Shown here piece after piece: positions 11,237-24,233 of a DNA stretch of 64,000 bases (its first letter is position 1; each line of letters begins with the position of its first letter). This stretch comes from Chiloscyllium plagiosum (Eukaryota), in assembly GCF_004010195.1 (NCBI RefSeq), contig NC_057719.1, forward strand, positions 45,147,971 through 45,211,970. The letters are read 5' to 3'. The notes under the pieces are model-generated. The model ran no database searches, had not been told where the DNA came from, and saw only the letters and a program-made list of their open reading frames with translations. Both the position numbers and the translations under genes were made by a program.

Positions 11237-14200
11237 CTCAGCCATAACTATAAAATACTTTTTTTCTGGTCAGCTACTTTCCACACATCAGTCTTACCTG
11301 ATTCCACTTCATTTATTTTCTTGTTTATTTCTATCCAGAGAATGCTTTTATGCCCCACTGATTTCTTAAAAAAAACATATCCCCATGATTTTCACTTTAT
11401 ATCGATCCTGTCAGTCAATTAATTAATGAATTAATCCCAATCTCCTTACTTGTTACGTGAACAGATCTCTTTTTCAATAAAATTTGTGAAGACATGCAAA
11501 CAGTCCTTGATCATAACTAATGGAAAGATTTTTTCATATTCCATACAATACTGTCAACTTCCCATGTTCTCCCTTTTTATGGCATGTCACAAAAGTATCC
11601 AAAAACAAAATTGATTTATTTTTTTCATTTTGTTGTAACTCCTCATGCAACCAGGATTCCCTCTTCAAGGACTTTCATCGATTTCGTGGAGAAAACACCT
11701 TCATTTGTGAAACAGTCTAATTACTGCAATTGCATTATTTCATTTTATTTTGGAAATTTATTTTCTTTCAAGCATTTCCTTATGTCAGCAATGCAAATTC
11801 ACAAACTTTTCTCAGCAATAGCCTTTGTCAAATATACATTATCCCAAGAGATCTGTTTTCCACATTACATTGTATTAGCAAACGTTTTCTCAGATTGCTC
11901 CTTGTGTATGATTTCCTTAAAGAATATTCAATATTCCTGTGTCTATAGCACTAATGTTTCATTGGTTTAAGTTCTTTGCAGCTGAATTAGTAGTTTACCA
12001 CAACTATAATATTCTACTGGGAATCACCATTCTTCTTTTGTGATATCAATCACAGTTCCCCAAACCTGAGGCAGGCAAATCTCTTAAATTCCTTAATCTT
12101 ATAATGCCCCTTACTAGGTAACCTTTTAATGAATCGATTCCAACACTGTGGATCTGCATTCATTGTCCAACACAATGCAATTGGATGAAGCTGTAACTAA
12201 AAATTACTGGGCTGAAGCCTTTCCCTACAAAGTCCTCTGTCTGTTCAGTAGCACCTCTTCTTCAGAATGTTCCATGTCAAACTAATTTTGAAAATGTTAT
12301 TATTCCATTTAGAATAACTCATAGTATAATTGTCCTTCAATTTGCTTCTAAAGCATCTGTTGACCATATCCCAAACATTCCTGCAGTTAATTCTTCTGTT
12401 ACAATTCTCCAGTACCTGCTGTCTGTTATAATTGCCAGCAGTATCTTTATCCTCACTCCTTTTAGTAACAATGTTTTAATGCTTTCAACGTGTATGTTGG
12501 TGACTTCACGTTGTTGCTACCATTCAATTCTCCATTCTTTGCATTACTTCTGAATGTCCCTTTGAAACATGAAGACCACTAGGAGATAATGTCTTCCCGG
12601 GAACCTAATAAGTCCTCTGACATCTATTCCAAAGCATATTTCTTTCTGAAACGTTAACTTCAGTTAATACTAGCTCGCATCCAACAACAAATTCAGAGAG
12701 GCGAGATCAAAATGTGTGTCTTGTGGCACACATAGAGATGACGGAGAGAAGCTGTTAAGTGGGTGAGGAACTGTAGGAGATTTGGAAAGTTAGGCTGCTG
12801 AGTGAGCGCAGTGGTGCATCTTAGTTTTAGGGCTTTTGGAACAGCCTGCTATACTCATTTTATGGAGAGTGGGTTTGTATTCTGGAAATACACAACTGCT
12901 TGTTAATATCTGAAAAAGTAATTCCCTTTGGAGAAAGAACTTGATCATGGATAGAAATATAAGTAATTTTGTTAAGATGAAGGTTGTGCTAACAAGAAAA
13001 CGGAAACTTATGGTGGAAAGGGGAAAAAAATGTCCTAAGATGCCACATTCTGTCTGTTTTTCCTGTATGTTTCAAAAACCTGAAATGAGTTACAATCCAC
13101 TGGAGGAACATAGATCTTTGAAATGTGGATCTAGGATGTTTGCCCGAATTCCATAGAGAGACCATAGACACATTAAAAAGTACTGGAAATCACAAGAGCA
13201 AAAAGAACTTTTAAAATGTGACAACCAGAAAATATTAGTACTTCAGTCATTTAATCAGAGATGAAAAGAGATCATGGCCATCAGCAGAAGCAGGGGGGAG
13301 TCAGATGTTGGATGTCACAGAGTGGCTTCAGATGAGCAAAAGTAGATGTGAATTGTTGTATGTGCCAAACATTACCAGCTTATGACTGGGGTAGTTTGCT
13401 GTCAACAGCCTCCTTGGGGGTTGAAGAATCTACCTGCTTTCCAGTTGTAGAGGAAAATTGCTTAATGAAAAGTTCTTATCATAAACAAGACAGAGTTTAT
13501 TACACAACAGCAATTGGGTGCAAGTTAGATATTGTTATTAATTGCAGATGTAGGTCTTTAAACAAAAAGTTCCCAAAATGTTCTCCCTTTCCCCACGTAA
13601 ATCTTAAGACTTCATCAGATTGGGTGGAGCTAAATGCAGTCTCCAGCATTGATCCTTTCAGAACTATTACCTCACACAACATAAATGAGCTACAGTAGAT
13701 GTGTGAGGATGGCACAAAATAGATGAGTCTGACAAATTTCTGAGGGTAGATCTCCTGGTAGCTATAAGCAGCTGCAGGTCTTAAAGTCCTTTGGTGGCTC
13801 AAAGAATCAAGTTTGATGGCAAGCAGTTTAATAAACTGGCAAAGAAGTAAATCAAAATATCTGCAGAGTGAATGTAGCATAAGAGGAGACTTCTTCTCAG
13901 ATGAAACCATAGGGATTCTCTTGATCCAGAGTGAAGTCAGGAAATGTAGTGAGGGCCTTCATCAGGAATTAACACCACAGAGTTCCAAGAAAGCATGATA
14001 AAAATAAAATGAATTTTGGACTACTGTTCGTGGAACCTCGACCATTCCATACACATTTAGAACAATGTTGCAAAATGATGCTTGGAATGTACATTTCCAA
14101 GTCCCTTTCCCTCTCCTAAAGAACTGTCAGTAGTTTAGAAAATGGCTTACAAGCTTGATTGCTCAAGACCTGAGTAGACAGAAAAGGCTAGAACCTACAG

Positions 14201-14671
14201 CTAAGTGCCTCTGCTGCACTGTTTGTAGAGGAGGAGGAGCAGGAATGTAGCCCTCAATCCTTCAATTAACTTGCTTCTTTCCCAACCATCTCCCTTTTAA
14301 TCCACTGTCTCTTCAACATCCTAAATTCACTTCAGTCTCATTATCTCCCCTGGTCAAGCAATCTCTAACTTGCCACCACCCAATCCCCCTCCCATATCTC
14401 CCAACCTCACTGCAATAATTTTTTGGCATACAGGGGGCTTGAAGCCCCCATTGGAGACAGAAGCAGACAGGTGCTAAAAATAGCACTACCAGGCAACATG
14501 CCCATACCCCATCTTCATCCCTTAATCAACCTCCCAAAAACACATATATTATCTGTTATCTGCTCATTATCACATTGCTGTTTCTGTGTTTGTTGTTTTC
14601 AAATTAGCCACTACATTTCACACATTAAACAGTGATTACACATCAGCTGTACTGAATTGCCTGTCAAGTGC

Positions 14672-15520
14672 TTTAAGACAGGCAGGAGGCTGGAAGAATA
14701 CAGCAAGCCTGGCAGCATCAGGAGGTACAGGTGTTTTGGGTGTAACCGTTCTTCAGGACTCAGGGTGGGTGTACGGGAGAGCTGCAGATAATGGGGGTGG
14801 CGGGAGCAGGGTGATGAAGTGGGGATAGGTGAAGTTAGGCAGAGGGTACGACCTAGTTGGTCAACATGAGGAATGAATCTGGCAGGTGGCTGGGAAGGAT
14901 GGAAGGGAGGGGGGAGGGTGCTGGGAAGGGATCGGGAGATGGGAAGGGAGGTTATTTGAAATTGGAGAACTCAGTGTTGAGTCCTCCGGGCTGTAGGCTG
15001 CCCAGGTGGAAGATGATGTGTTGTTCCTCCAATTTGCGGTTGGATTCGTTGTGACAATGGAGGAAGCCAAGGATGGCCATGTTGGAAAGGGAGTGGGAAG
15101 GGGAATTGAAACGGGCAGTTGAAAGCCTGGTTGACTCCTGCGAGCCCAGCCTCTCCCCCTCCCTACTGGATTCATTCCTCCCATTGACCAACCAGGTCGT
15201 ACCCTCTGCCTGTCTTCACCTATCCCCACTTCACCACTCTGCTGCCCAAACCCCTTTATTCGCAGTTCCCCTTACACCCACCCCCAGTCCTGAAGAAGGG
15301 TTACACCTGAAACGTCGACTTCTCCAACTCCTGATGCTGCCTGGCTTGCTGTGTTCTTCCAGCCTTATACCCTGTCTACTGTGGATTCCAGGTAAAAACA
15401 ATGACTGCAGATGCTGGAAACCAGATTCTGGATTAGTGGTGCTGGAAGAGCACAGCAGTTCAGGCAGCATCCGAGGAGTAGCAAAATCGAAGTTTTTGGC
15501 AAAAGCCCTTCATCAGGAAC
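14672..15520. mobile_element. Cluster of Penelope 3' ends in inverted arrangement (minus ~14672-15122 with GIY-YIG end; plus ~15140-15390; minus short element ~15390-15518)
   Basis: Minus ORF RFNSPSHSL...KLEEQHIIFHLGSLQPGGLNTEF; 15140-15362 mirrors 14683-14925; hammerhead core at 15286-15320. Confidence 0.8.
15286..15320 (+). ncRNA. Minimal hammerhead ribozyme motif
   Basis: AGTC-CTGAAGA-A-GGGT-TAC-ACCT-GAAA-CGTC-GACT: stem I AGTC/GACT, palindromic ACGT stem III, GUC cleavage triplet. Confidence 0.7.
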
Positions 15521-16701
15521 CAAACAGAAACCATAACCAAAAAATACACGTGTTATCAGATAATTTGGTTTTGAAGATGAAGAAGGAGTGTTAGAAATGG
15601 TTTATTCAATTTTATTATTCAAATAGTGCCAGGCAATCTTTTACATCCACCTGAACAAGCTGACAAGGCTTTAAACCATCTTCTGAAAAGTAGCACCTCT
15701 GATAATGCAACAATTGAGTAACGGCACTGAAGTGTCAGCCTAGAGTAAATGCTTAAATCCATGCTGGGGATAAACTCAATGTTCGAAGTCAGAGACAACA
15801 GGTACTATTGAAATAAACTGCCGCTGTTCAGAAGTTACTATTTTGACAGCTACATACAAGGATATATACAAGCATTCCCGATGAAGGGCTTATGCCTGAA
15901 ACGTCGATTCTCCTGCTCCTTGGATGCTGCCTCACCTGCTGAGCTTTTCCAGCACCACACTCTCAACTCCGATCTCTGGCATCTGCAGTCTTCACTTTCA
16001 CCTAAGGCTGAAGTGAATGCACCAGCATGCACATGATCACAGCTATATTGGCTGCGATTCTGATTCTGGTTTACATGCATGTACAAATGTAATTGAATGA
16101 ATGAAGACAGTGCTGAGAATACTAAGCAATTGAGACTGCATCAGTGGAAAGAAACATTCATGACCACAGGCCGTCTTAAAGCACTTTGTTAGAGACAAAA
16201 AAAAACTACAGCTGAAATCCACAGTATCTGGATTAGTGGTGCTGGAAGAGCACAGCAGTTCAGGCAGCATCCGAGGAGCAGCAAAATCGACGTTTCGGGC
16301 AAAAGCCCTTCATCAGTGTAGTGCTTTTCCAGCACTACACTCCCTTCTAAAATATCCTTGTATGTTGCTGTCAAAATAGTAACTTCTGAACAGTGGCAGT
16401 TTATTTCAATAGTACCTGTTGTCTCTGACTTCGAACATTGAGTTTATCTCCAGCATGGATTTAAGCATTTACTCTAGGCTGACACTTCAGTGCTGCTATT
16501 CAATTGTTGCATTATCAGAGGTGCTACTTTTCAGAAGATGGTTTAAAGCCTTGTCAGCTTGTTCAGGTGGATGTAAAAGATTGCCTGGCACTATCTGAAT
16601 AATAAAATTGAATAAACCATTTCTAACACTCCTTCTTCACCTCCAAAACCAAATTATTTGATAACATGTGTATTTTTGGTTATGGTTTCTGTTTGGTTCC
16701 T
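15515..16701. repeat. ~350-bp inverted duplication (arms 15515-15865 and 16352-16701)
   Basis: AGGAACCAAACAGAAACCATAACC...TACATACAAGGATAT is reverse-complemented as ATATCCTTGTATG...GGTTATGGTTTCTGTTTGGTTCCT with scattered mismatches. Confidence 0.92.
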
Positions 16702-17949
16702 CTAAGTTAGGTCATGCATTCAGAAATCTGAGCACAGCAGTGACTGGGGAGCGGTTAGGCAAGAATGTGGGGTGATTGGTTTTTTGGGGTGCGGGGATGG
16801 TGGAACTCATTTAGGAAGCAAAGAAGGCAGTTCTATTTATGTTCAAGAGCTTTCAAACTACCCAGTGCAGTTGTATATCTTCTGTTTAGCATGGGTCTGA
16901 CAGAGGTCACAATCTTCTGTCGCACTGGTCTCTCCTGCACAGAAGCACCTGGTAAATATTTCTTTGTGCAAATGTGGCAGGAGATCAAAATGTCAACTCT
17001 CATTTCACAACTATAAGCCAGTGAGCTGCAGAAATCCTTGGACAATAGAAAAACCCTGTGGAACTGCTCTCTGCTTCTTATGCTTTTTTGGATAACTGAT
17101 AAGGACTAATAAACAAATTAACTAAAACTTAAGAGTTATGCCTTAAGGAGCACAGTATCAAAAAAAAATCTTAAAAGAACCATAAGATATGGAAGCAAAA
17201 GTAGGCATACAGTCCATCGAGTCTGCTCTGCCATTCCATGAGTTCATGGCTGATCTGATAGTCCTCAAATCCACTTGCCTGCCTTACTCTTATAACCATT
17301 GATACACACGCACACACACACAGAGGTTCCTATTATTAAAAAGTAATGTACTCAGAAAAGGTAGGTGCAGTAATAAGTAAAGGGGAAAATGAAGTCTGCT
17401 GTGTCTTTTAGCTTTAGCAAGTTTGGGAGTCGCCTGGAGATGTCCAAAAGACAGGACATAGATTCATTATTTTTACAAGTGCAGAAAACTTTATTCATAT
17501 TCCACCACCAGAAAGACCTGAGTGGCCAGTAACAAACGGTGCCCATCTCTTCAAGGGCAATGCCTAAGTGAACAAGAAAGTGAAGGGGAGGGTAGGGATT
17601 AAATCAAAATAGAATTGCAGGGGGAAATAAAACACCCCATTCCCCTCAATGCTCACCTCTCCCTGACAACCTTGAGGTTATTGTGGGACATCGCTTGCTC
17701 TTTCTCCAGGGACACTCAGGCCCAAACATAACTGCAGAAGAAGAGCAAGCAATCAGCCATAATGACCCCCTCCATAGCCTGCTGCCTGGACCTGTTTATT
17801 GCCTGCCTGGCCAGGCCCAGAACCAGACCCATGAGGAGATTCTCTGACCTGCCCTCCCCTCTCCACACCAGGTGAGAACATAGATTTAATGGTACTAATG
17901 AAATCAACTTTAACTGATCAATGTCTAAGGTAAACAAAATGTGCAACAA

Positions 17950-18405
17950 CAACCTCATTTTTCACTTCGGAACTCTACATCCTTTTGGACTCATTATTGA
18001 ATTCACCAATTTTAGAGTTTGAGAAATCTTCTCCCATGTCCTTACCTCAACCACCCACACATCAGATCTTGTTATCACAAGGTCAGCTATTACACATAAC
18101 ACATTATTAGCTACTAATTATCCCTATCGGTAGCTAATCATTCTCCCAGGCTGATCGTTATCCAGTTCTCTGTCTGTCCAACTGTTCTCTCTCTTTGGGT
18201 ACTATCTCCAACTCATGTTTACTCTTTACCTCCTCCACCCTCCCTTACATTTTCCTAGCTTCCATCAGTTCTAAGGAAGGGTCACTGGACCCAAAAGGTT
18301 AATTATGATTTCTCTCCAAAAATGTTGCTAGGTCTGCTGAGCTTTTCCTACAATTTTTGTTTTTGGTTCTTACTTTCAGTGTCCATAGTTCTTATGTTTT
18401 TATTT
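17950..18405 (+). mobile_element. Old Penelope 3' remnant with degenerate hammerhead terminus
   Basis: LIFHFGTLHPFGLIIEFTNF-like peptide near 17950-18020; CTAAGGAAGGGTCACTGGACCCAAAAG at ~18271-18298. Confidence 0.55.
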
Positions 18406-18857
18406 AGAATTTTCATGCTTGTCTTCAAATCCACCCACAGCCAGGCCTCATCTTAACCGTGGAACCTCTTTCAGCCCAAAACTCCCTGATTTTAATTCAC
18501 TCAATGCTTTTAATTTCTAAGTTTCTCACCTATCTTCTCTGCTTCTTTCTTCCTGCTTTATGTCACACTGTAAAATCAACCTCTTTGACCAAGCTTTGGT
18601 CATTTGTCTTAATATACACTTACGTTACTTGTTGTCAAATCTTGTTTGATAATGTCCCTGTGAAATGGCTTGAGGTGTTTAACTACTTTAAAGAAGCTAT
18701 AGAAATGCAGTTGTTTTTCATTGTTTCATTGTAGTAGAAGCAGGAGTAGGCTATTTGGCCCATCGAACCTGCTCTGCCATTCATTAAGATCATGGCTGAT
18801 CTATCCATCATCTCAGCTCCTCCTACCTGCATTATCCCCATAATTCTTAATGCCCTA

Positions 18858-19555
18858 TGTGGTGTAAAATTATGTCCCAATACATGTGTGAATCATAATG
18901 TAACACATGTATTGGGCCAAGCAGTGGAATGTGGTGAAACGGTTAAAAATTATGTCCCAATACATGTGTGAATCTAACCGGAATGGAGGTGTTGCTTAGT
19001 CCCGTGTGAATCTTATTACACACCTCCCCGTGTGAAGCATAATGTAACACATGTATTGGGCCAAGCAGTGGAATGTGGTGTAAATGTGGTGAAACGGTTA
19101 AAAATTATGTCCCAATACATGTGTGAATCTAACCGGAATGGAGGTGTTGCTTAGTCCCGTGTAATCTTTTTAACACACCTCCCCGTGTGAATCTTCTTAT
19201 CTGTATGTAACCAGAATGGAATGTGTTTTTTAGCCTTGCTCTGCTGTTCACATGAATGTTTATATCTGGAAAAGAGTATATCAGCTGGAAAAGTTTCCAG
19301 TTCGGTGAGTCTGCTCCGGGGTTACGTTTTAACCGCCGAGCGTGGGTTGTTGGCAACCGCTCTACGAGAACTGACGGCTCCCAGTTCCGGTAACATGTAG
19401 AGTGAGTTAAGCCAGACCCGTTGTAAGTATGAGACCTGGTTGTGGCGACGCTGCGGGGAATAAAATGCTCATATTCTAGCAGACTCGCCTCTTGGTCGTT
19501 TGTTCTGTGTCAGACTACTCTCCTACGAACCTGACCTTGAGAATTTTTTAAAACA
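18858..19555 (+). mobile_element. Solo LTR (ERV or other LTR retroelement) inserted into a CR1 3' tail
   Basis: Termini TGT...ACA, exact 5-bp TSD CCCTA (18853-18857, 19556-19560), tandemly repeated U3-like region, AATAAA at ~19459. Confidence 0.85.
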
Positions 19556-19889
19556 CCCTATCATGCAAAAATCCACCCAACTGTGTTTTGAATATATTTA
19601 ATGAAGCTGCCTCCACTATTTCTTTGGGCAAATAATTCCATACATCCATTACCTCTGGGAAAAGCAATTTCTCCTCATCTCTGCCCTAACTCTACTCCCC
19701 CTAATGTTGAGGTCATGTCCCCCAGTCCTAGTCTCATCCACCAGCGGAAACAACTTGGCTGTCTCTATCTTATCTATCCCTTTCATAAATTTATATGTTT
19801 CTATAAATTTTAACACAACTGGAGGAAGCTGATCTTCTCAGATATCATACAGCAGGCCGTGATTTTGTAGCTTGCCTCTTGAATGAAGT

Positions 19890-20112
19890 AGGAGAAAGTG
19901 AGGACAGCAGGTGCTGGAGAGTCAGAGTTGAAAAGCTTGGTGTTGGAAAAAGCACAGCAGGTCAAGCACCACCCAAGAAGCAGAGAAGTCGTCGTTTTGG
20001 GAATTAGCCCTTCATCAGGAATCGTTTCTGATGAAGGACTAATGCCCGAAACATCAATTCTCTTGCTCCTCAGATGCTGCCTGAACTGCTGTGCTTTTTC
20101 CAGTACCATGTT
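19890..20112. mobile_element. Head-to-head dimer of short hammerhead-bearing Penelope-derived elements
   Basis: ...GCCCTTCATCAGGAAT-CG-TTTCTGATGAAGGACTAATGCCCGAAAC...; the flanks are mutually reverse-complementary. Confidence 0.8.
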
Positions 20113-20599
20113 TTATGACTCATGGATGAAGTGACCAGCCTCTGGTTTGTCTGATGACCTTTCCTTCTAAACTCCATAAATGAGGAAAGAAATCCCCAGT
20201 GGAATTTGATCTATTTTAACTGCTGCAACAAAGGTTCAAAAAGTCAGAAATAAAACTTATTGATAACAAATAAGATACTCAATATGCAATACTAAATATG
20301 CAAATATTGAGGTAAATGTAGGAAAATTATTCCCAAAATCAGAATTCCCAAAATCCCTAAACCTCAAAAGTAAATGCCATCCTTGGGAGTACACACTCTT
20401 AGAATTGCAAAATTTAAGCAGCTTAGAGATTCAGTTTTTGGATTGATTTCCCTTAGGTGTTGCCTGAAAGCAGAGCATAGCATGACTGAAATGCATTTGT
20501 GGTTTAGCTCAGTTCATTTAGTCCAACGCTCTCACAAAGTTACAATAATAACCATATTGAAATGAACTATAGTCATAAGATTTTAAATGTATAATTGTA

Positions 20600-22015
20600 A
20601 CACAATGAAGTAATCAAAAAGATTGATGTGGGCAGAGTGGCAGATGTTGTTTACTTGGACTTTAGTAAAGCCTTTGACAAGGTTCCACACTGTAATCTAA
20701 TCAGCAAAGTTAGATCACATGGGACAGTAAGGACTGCAGATGTTGGAAGCCAGAGTTAATAGATGTGAATTTGGAAAAGCACAGCAGAATTTGGAAAAGC
20801 AGCATCCGAGGAGCAGAAAAGTCCTAACAAAGGGTTTCAGCCTAAAACGTTGACTTTCCAGGTTCTCGGATGCTGTCTGATCTGCTGTGCTTTTCCAGCT
20901 CTAGATTACTTGAGATTCAGAGCGACTTGCCAATTGAATACAAAATTGACTTAACAACAGAAGACAGACAGTGGTGGTCGAGGATTATTTTTTGGACTGG
21001 AGACCTGGGACCAATGGTGTTCCACAGGGATCATTGCTGGGTCCACTTTTGTTAATCTAAATAATTTGGACGAGAATATAGGAAGCATGGTTAGCAAGTT
21101 TGCAGATGACACCAGAATTGGTGCATAGTAGACGTTGAAGAAGGTTGTCTAAGATTACAAAGAGATCGTAATTCATCGTGTTAATGGGCTGAGGAGTAGC
21201 AGAATTATTTTAATTTGGATAAATGTGAACTATTGCATTTTGGTAATACCACAAGGACAGGACTTATACAATTAATGGTAGGGCCCTGGGTAATATTATA
21301 GAACAGAGTAACCTAGGGGTATAGGTACATAATTCTTTGAAATTTGCACCACAGGTGAAGAGAGTGGTTAAGGTGGTGTTTAGCATGCTTGCCTTCATTG
21401 TCTAGACCTTTGAGCATAGAAGTTGGGACATCATATTGAGGTTATACAGATCATTGGTGAGGCCAGGAGTCATGTGGAGTATTGTGTGCAGTTCTGGTTG
21501 CCATGTTATAGGATGGATATTATTAAACTGGAGAGGGTTCAGAATAAAGGTTGCCAGGATGTTGCCAGGAATGGAGAGTTCAAGTTATAAAAACAGACTG
21601 GAAAAGTTGGGGCTTTTCACTGGTACATAGAAGGTTATGGGGAGACCTTATTGAGGTTTATAAAATCATGAGGGGTATAGAAAAGGTGAATGATAAGGGT
21701 CTTTTCCCTAGGGTGGGGAATTCAAAAGTAGGGGGCATATTTTCAAGTTGAGAGGAGAAAAATTTAAAAAGGTTATTGGGGAAACATTGTTTACATAGAG
21801 AGTGGCACGTGTGTGAAATGGACTATCAGAGAAAGTGATGAATGCAGGCAGAGTTAGAAACTTTAAAAAGATATTTTGGATAAGTTTGTGAGTGGGAAGC
21901 TTTGGGGAGATATGGGCCAACTGTTGGCAGGTGGGATTAGTTTAGTTTGGGAACATGATTGGCGTGGAGTGGTTGGACCAAAGGGTCAGTTTCCATGCTG
22001 TATGCCTCTTTACTA
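20600..22015 (+). mobile_element. CR1 LINE RT/3' region, interrupted by a short Penelope-derived element (~20725-20905)
   Basis: DVVYLDFSKAFDKVPH, SKFADDT and LWGDLIEVYKIMRG motifs; CR1 3' tail. Confidence 0.85.
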
Positions 22016-22024
22016 TAAATTAGA

Positions 22025-23835
22025 CATAGAGTCATAGAGATGTATAGCATGGAAAAAAGACCCTTTGGTCCAACCTGTCCATGCCGACCACATATCCCAA
22101 CCCAATCTAGTCCCACCTGTCAGCACCCGGCCCATAGTCCTCCAAACCCTTCCTATTCATATACCCATCCAAATGCCTTTTAAATGTTGCAATTGTATCA
22201 ACCTTCACCACTTCCTCTGGCAGCTCATTCCATACATGTACCCACCTACTGTGTGAAAAGTTTGCCCCTTAGGTTTCTTTTATATCTTTCTCCTCTCACT
22301 CTAAACCTATGTCCTCTAGTTCTGGACTCCCCCACCTCAGGGAAAAGAGTTTGTCTATTTATCCTATCCATGACGCTCATAATTTTGTAAACCTCTGTAA
22401 GGTCACTCCTCAGCCTCCGACGCTGCAGGGAAAACTGCTCCACCCTGTTCAGCCTCTCCCCATAGCTCAAATCCTCCAAACCAGACAACATCCTTGGAAA
22501 TCTTTTCTGAACCCTTTCAAGTTTCACAACATCTTTCCGATAGGAAGGAGACCAGAATTACACGCAATATTACTACAGTGGCCTAACCAATGTCCTGTAC
22601 AGCCGCAACATGATCTCCCAACTCCTGTACTCCCACAACATGATCTCCTAACTCCTGTACTCAATACACTGACCAATAAAGGAAAGCATACCAAATGCCT
22701 TCTTATCTACCTGTGACTCACTTTCAAGGAGCTATGAACCTGCACTCCAAAGTCTCTTTGTTCAGCAACATTCCCTAGGACCTTACCATTACGTTTATAA
22801 GCCCTGCTAAGATTTGCTTTCCCAAAATGCAGCACCTCGCATTTATCTGAATTAAACTCCATCTGCCACTCCTCAGCCCATTGGCTCATCTGATCAAGAT
22901 CCTGTTGTAATCTGAGGTAACCTTCTTTGCTGTCCACTATACCTCCAATTTTGGTGTCATCTGCAAACTTACTAACTATACCTCTTATGCTCGCATCAAA
23001 ATCATTTATATAAATGACAAAAAGTAGTGGACCCAGCACCGATCCTTGTGGCACTCCACTGGTCACAGGCCTCCAGTCTGAAAAACAACCCTCCACCACC
23101 ACCCTCTGTCTTCTACCTTTGAGCCAGTTCTGNNNNNNNNNNNNNNNNNNNNNNNNNNNNNNNNNNNNNNNNNNNNNNNNNNNNNNNNNNNNNNNNNNNN
23201 NNNNNNNNNNNNNNNNNNNNNNNNNNNNNNNNNNNNNNNNNNNNNNNNNNNNNNNNNNNNNNNNNNNNNNNNNNNNNNNNNNNNNNNNNNNNNNNNNNNN
23301 NNNNNNNNNNNNNNNNNNNNNNNNNNNNNNNNNNNNNNNNNNNNNNNNNNNNNNNNNNNNNNNNNNNNNNNNNNNNNNNNNNNNNNNNNNNNNNNNNNNN
23401 NNNNNNNNNNNNNNNNNNNNNNNNNNNNNNNNNNNNNNNNGTGTCCTTACCACCCTTCTCAAACAATGGCACCACATTAGCCAACCTCCAGTCTTCCAGC
23501 ACTTCACCTGTGACTATCGATGATACAAATCTCTCAGCAAGAGGCCCAGCAATCACTTCCCTAGCTTCCCACAGAGTTCTAGGGTACACCTGATCAGGTC
23601 CTGGGGTTTTATCCACCTTTATGCGTTTCAAGATATCCAGCACTTCCTCCTCTGTAATACAGACATTTTTCAAGGTGTTAACATCTATTTCCCTACATTC
23701 TATATCTTCCATATCCTTTTCCACAGTAAATACTGATGCAAAATACTTTAGTATCCCCCCATTTTCTGTAGTTCCACACAAAGGCCACCTTGCTGATCTT
23801 TGAGGGGACCTGTTCTCTCCCTAGTTACCCTTTTG
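22025..23835 (-). mobile_element. CR1/HER1 LINE ORF2 fragment (contains N gap)
   Basis: WRPVTSGVPQGSVLGPLLFVIYIND...SKFADDTK; PGPDQVYPRTLWE. Confidence 0.92.
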
Positions 23836-23886
23836 TAGTTTATCCACCTGCTCTCTTTGTTGGCTTTTGTGTTCGTGTGACATCTG

Positions 23887-23995
23887 GATTAGAGTGGTGC
23901 TGGAAAAGCATGGATGCTGCCTGAACTGCTGTGCTTTTCCAGCACCACTCTAATCCAGAATCTGGTTTCCAGCATCTGCAGTCATTTTTACCTTG
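23887..23995. mobile_element. Palindromic short Penelope-derived element
   Basis: GATTAGAGTGGTGCTGGAAAAGCA...TGCTTTTCCAGCACCACTCTAATC; 12-bp TSD GTGTGACATCTG at 23875-23886 and 23996-24007. Confidence 0.8.
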
Positions 23996-24233
23996 GTGTG
24001 ACATCTGTCTCTAAAACTTCACTGCTTTATTTCAGTGTATCTGATTCTTACTTCAGTGTATTTGATTTCATCATTGTTCCATTACTCCTCTGTTACATGT
24101 TTATGTCGTGTACGTTGTATGAGTAGAAAATGTCTTTGTTTGCAACACAGGGAAGCTCTGAAGATTGACGGATTCCAAAGTGTCTTTTTCTCTGCATCTA
24201 TTTGCAGTTCATCTGTCAGTTGCTTCAAATAAC

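Noticed and set aside
18865..19195. Repeat-spacer-like pattern resembling a CRISPR array
   Set aside because: The 'spacers' are themselves repeated, there are no cas genes, the context is eukaryotic, and the block lies inside a TG...CA solo LTR.
22607..22662. 30-bp tandem duplication in CR1
   Set aside because: Ordinary slippage in a dead element.
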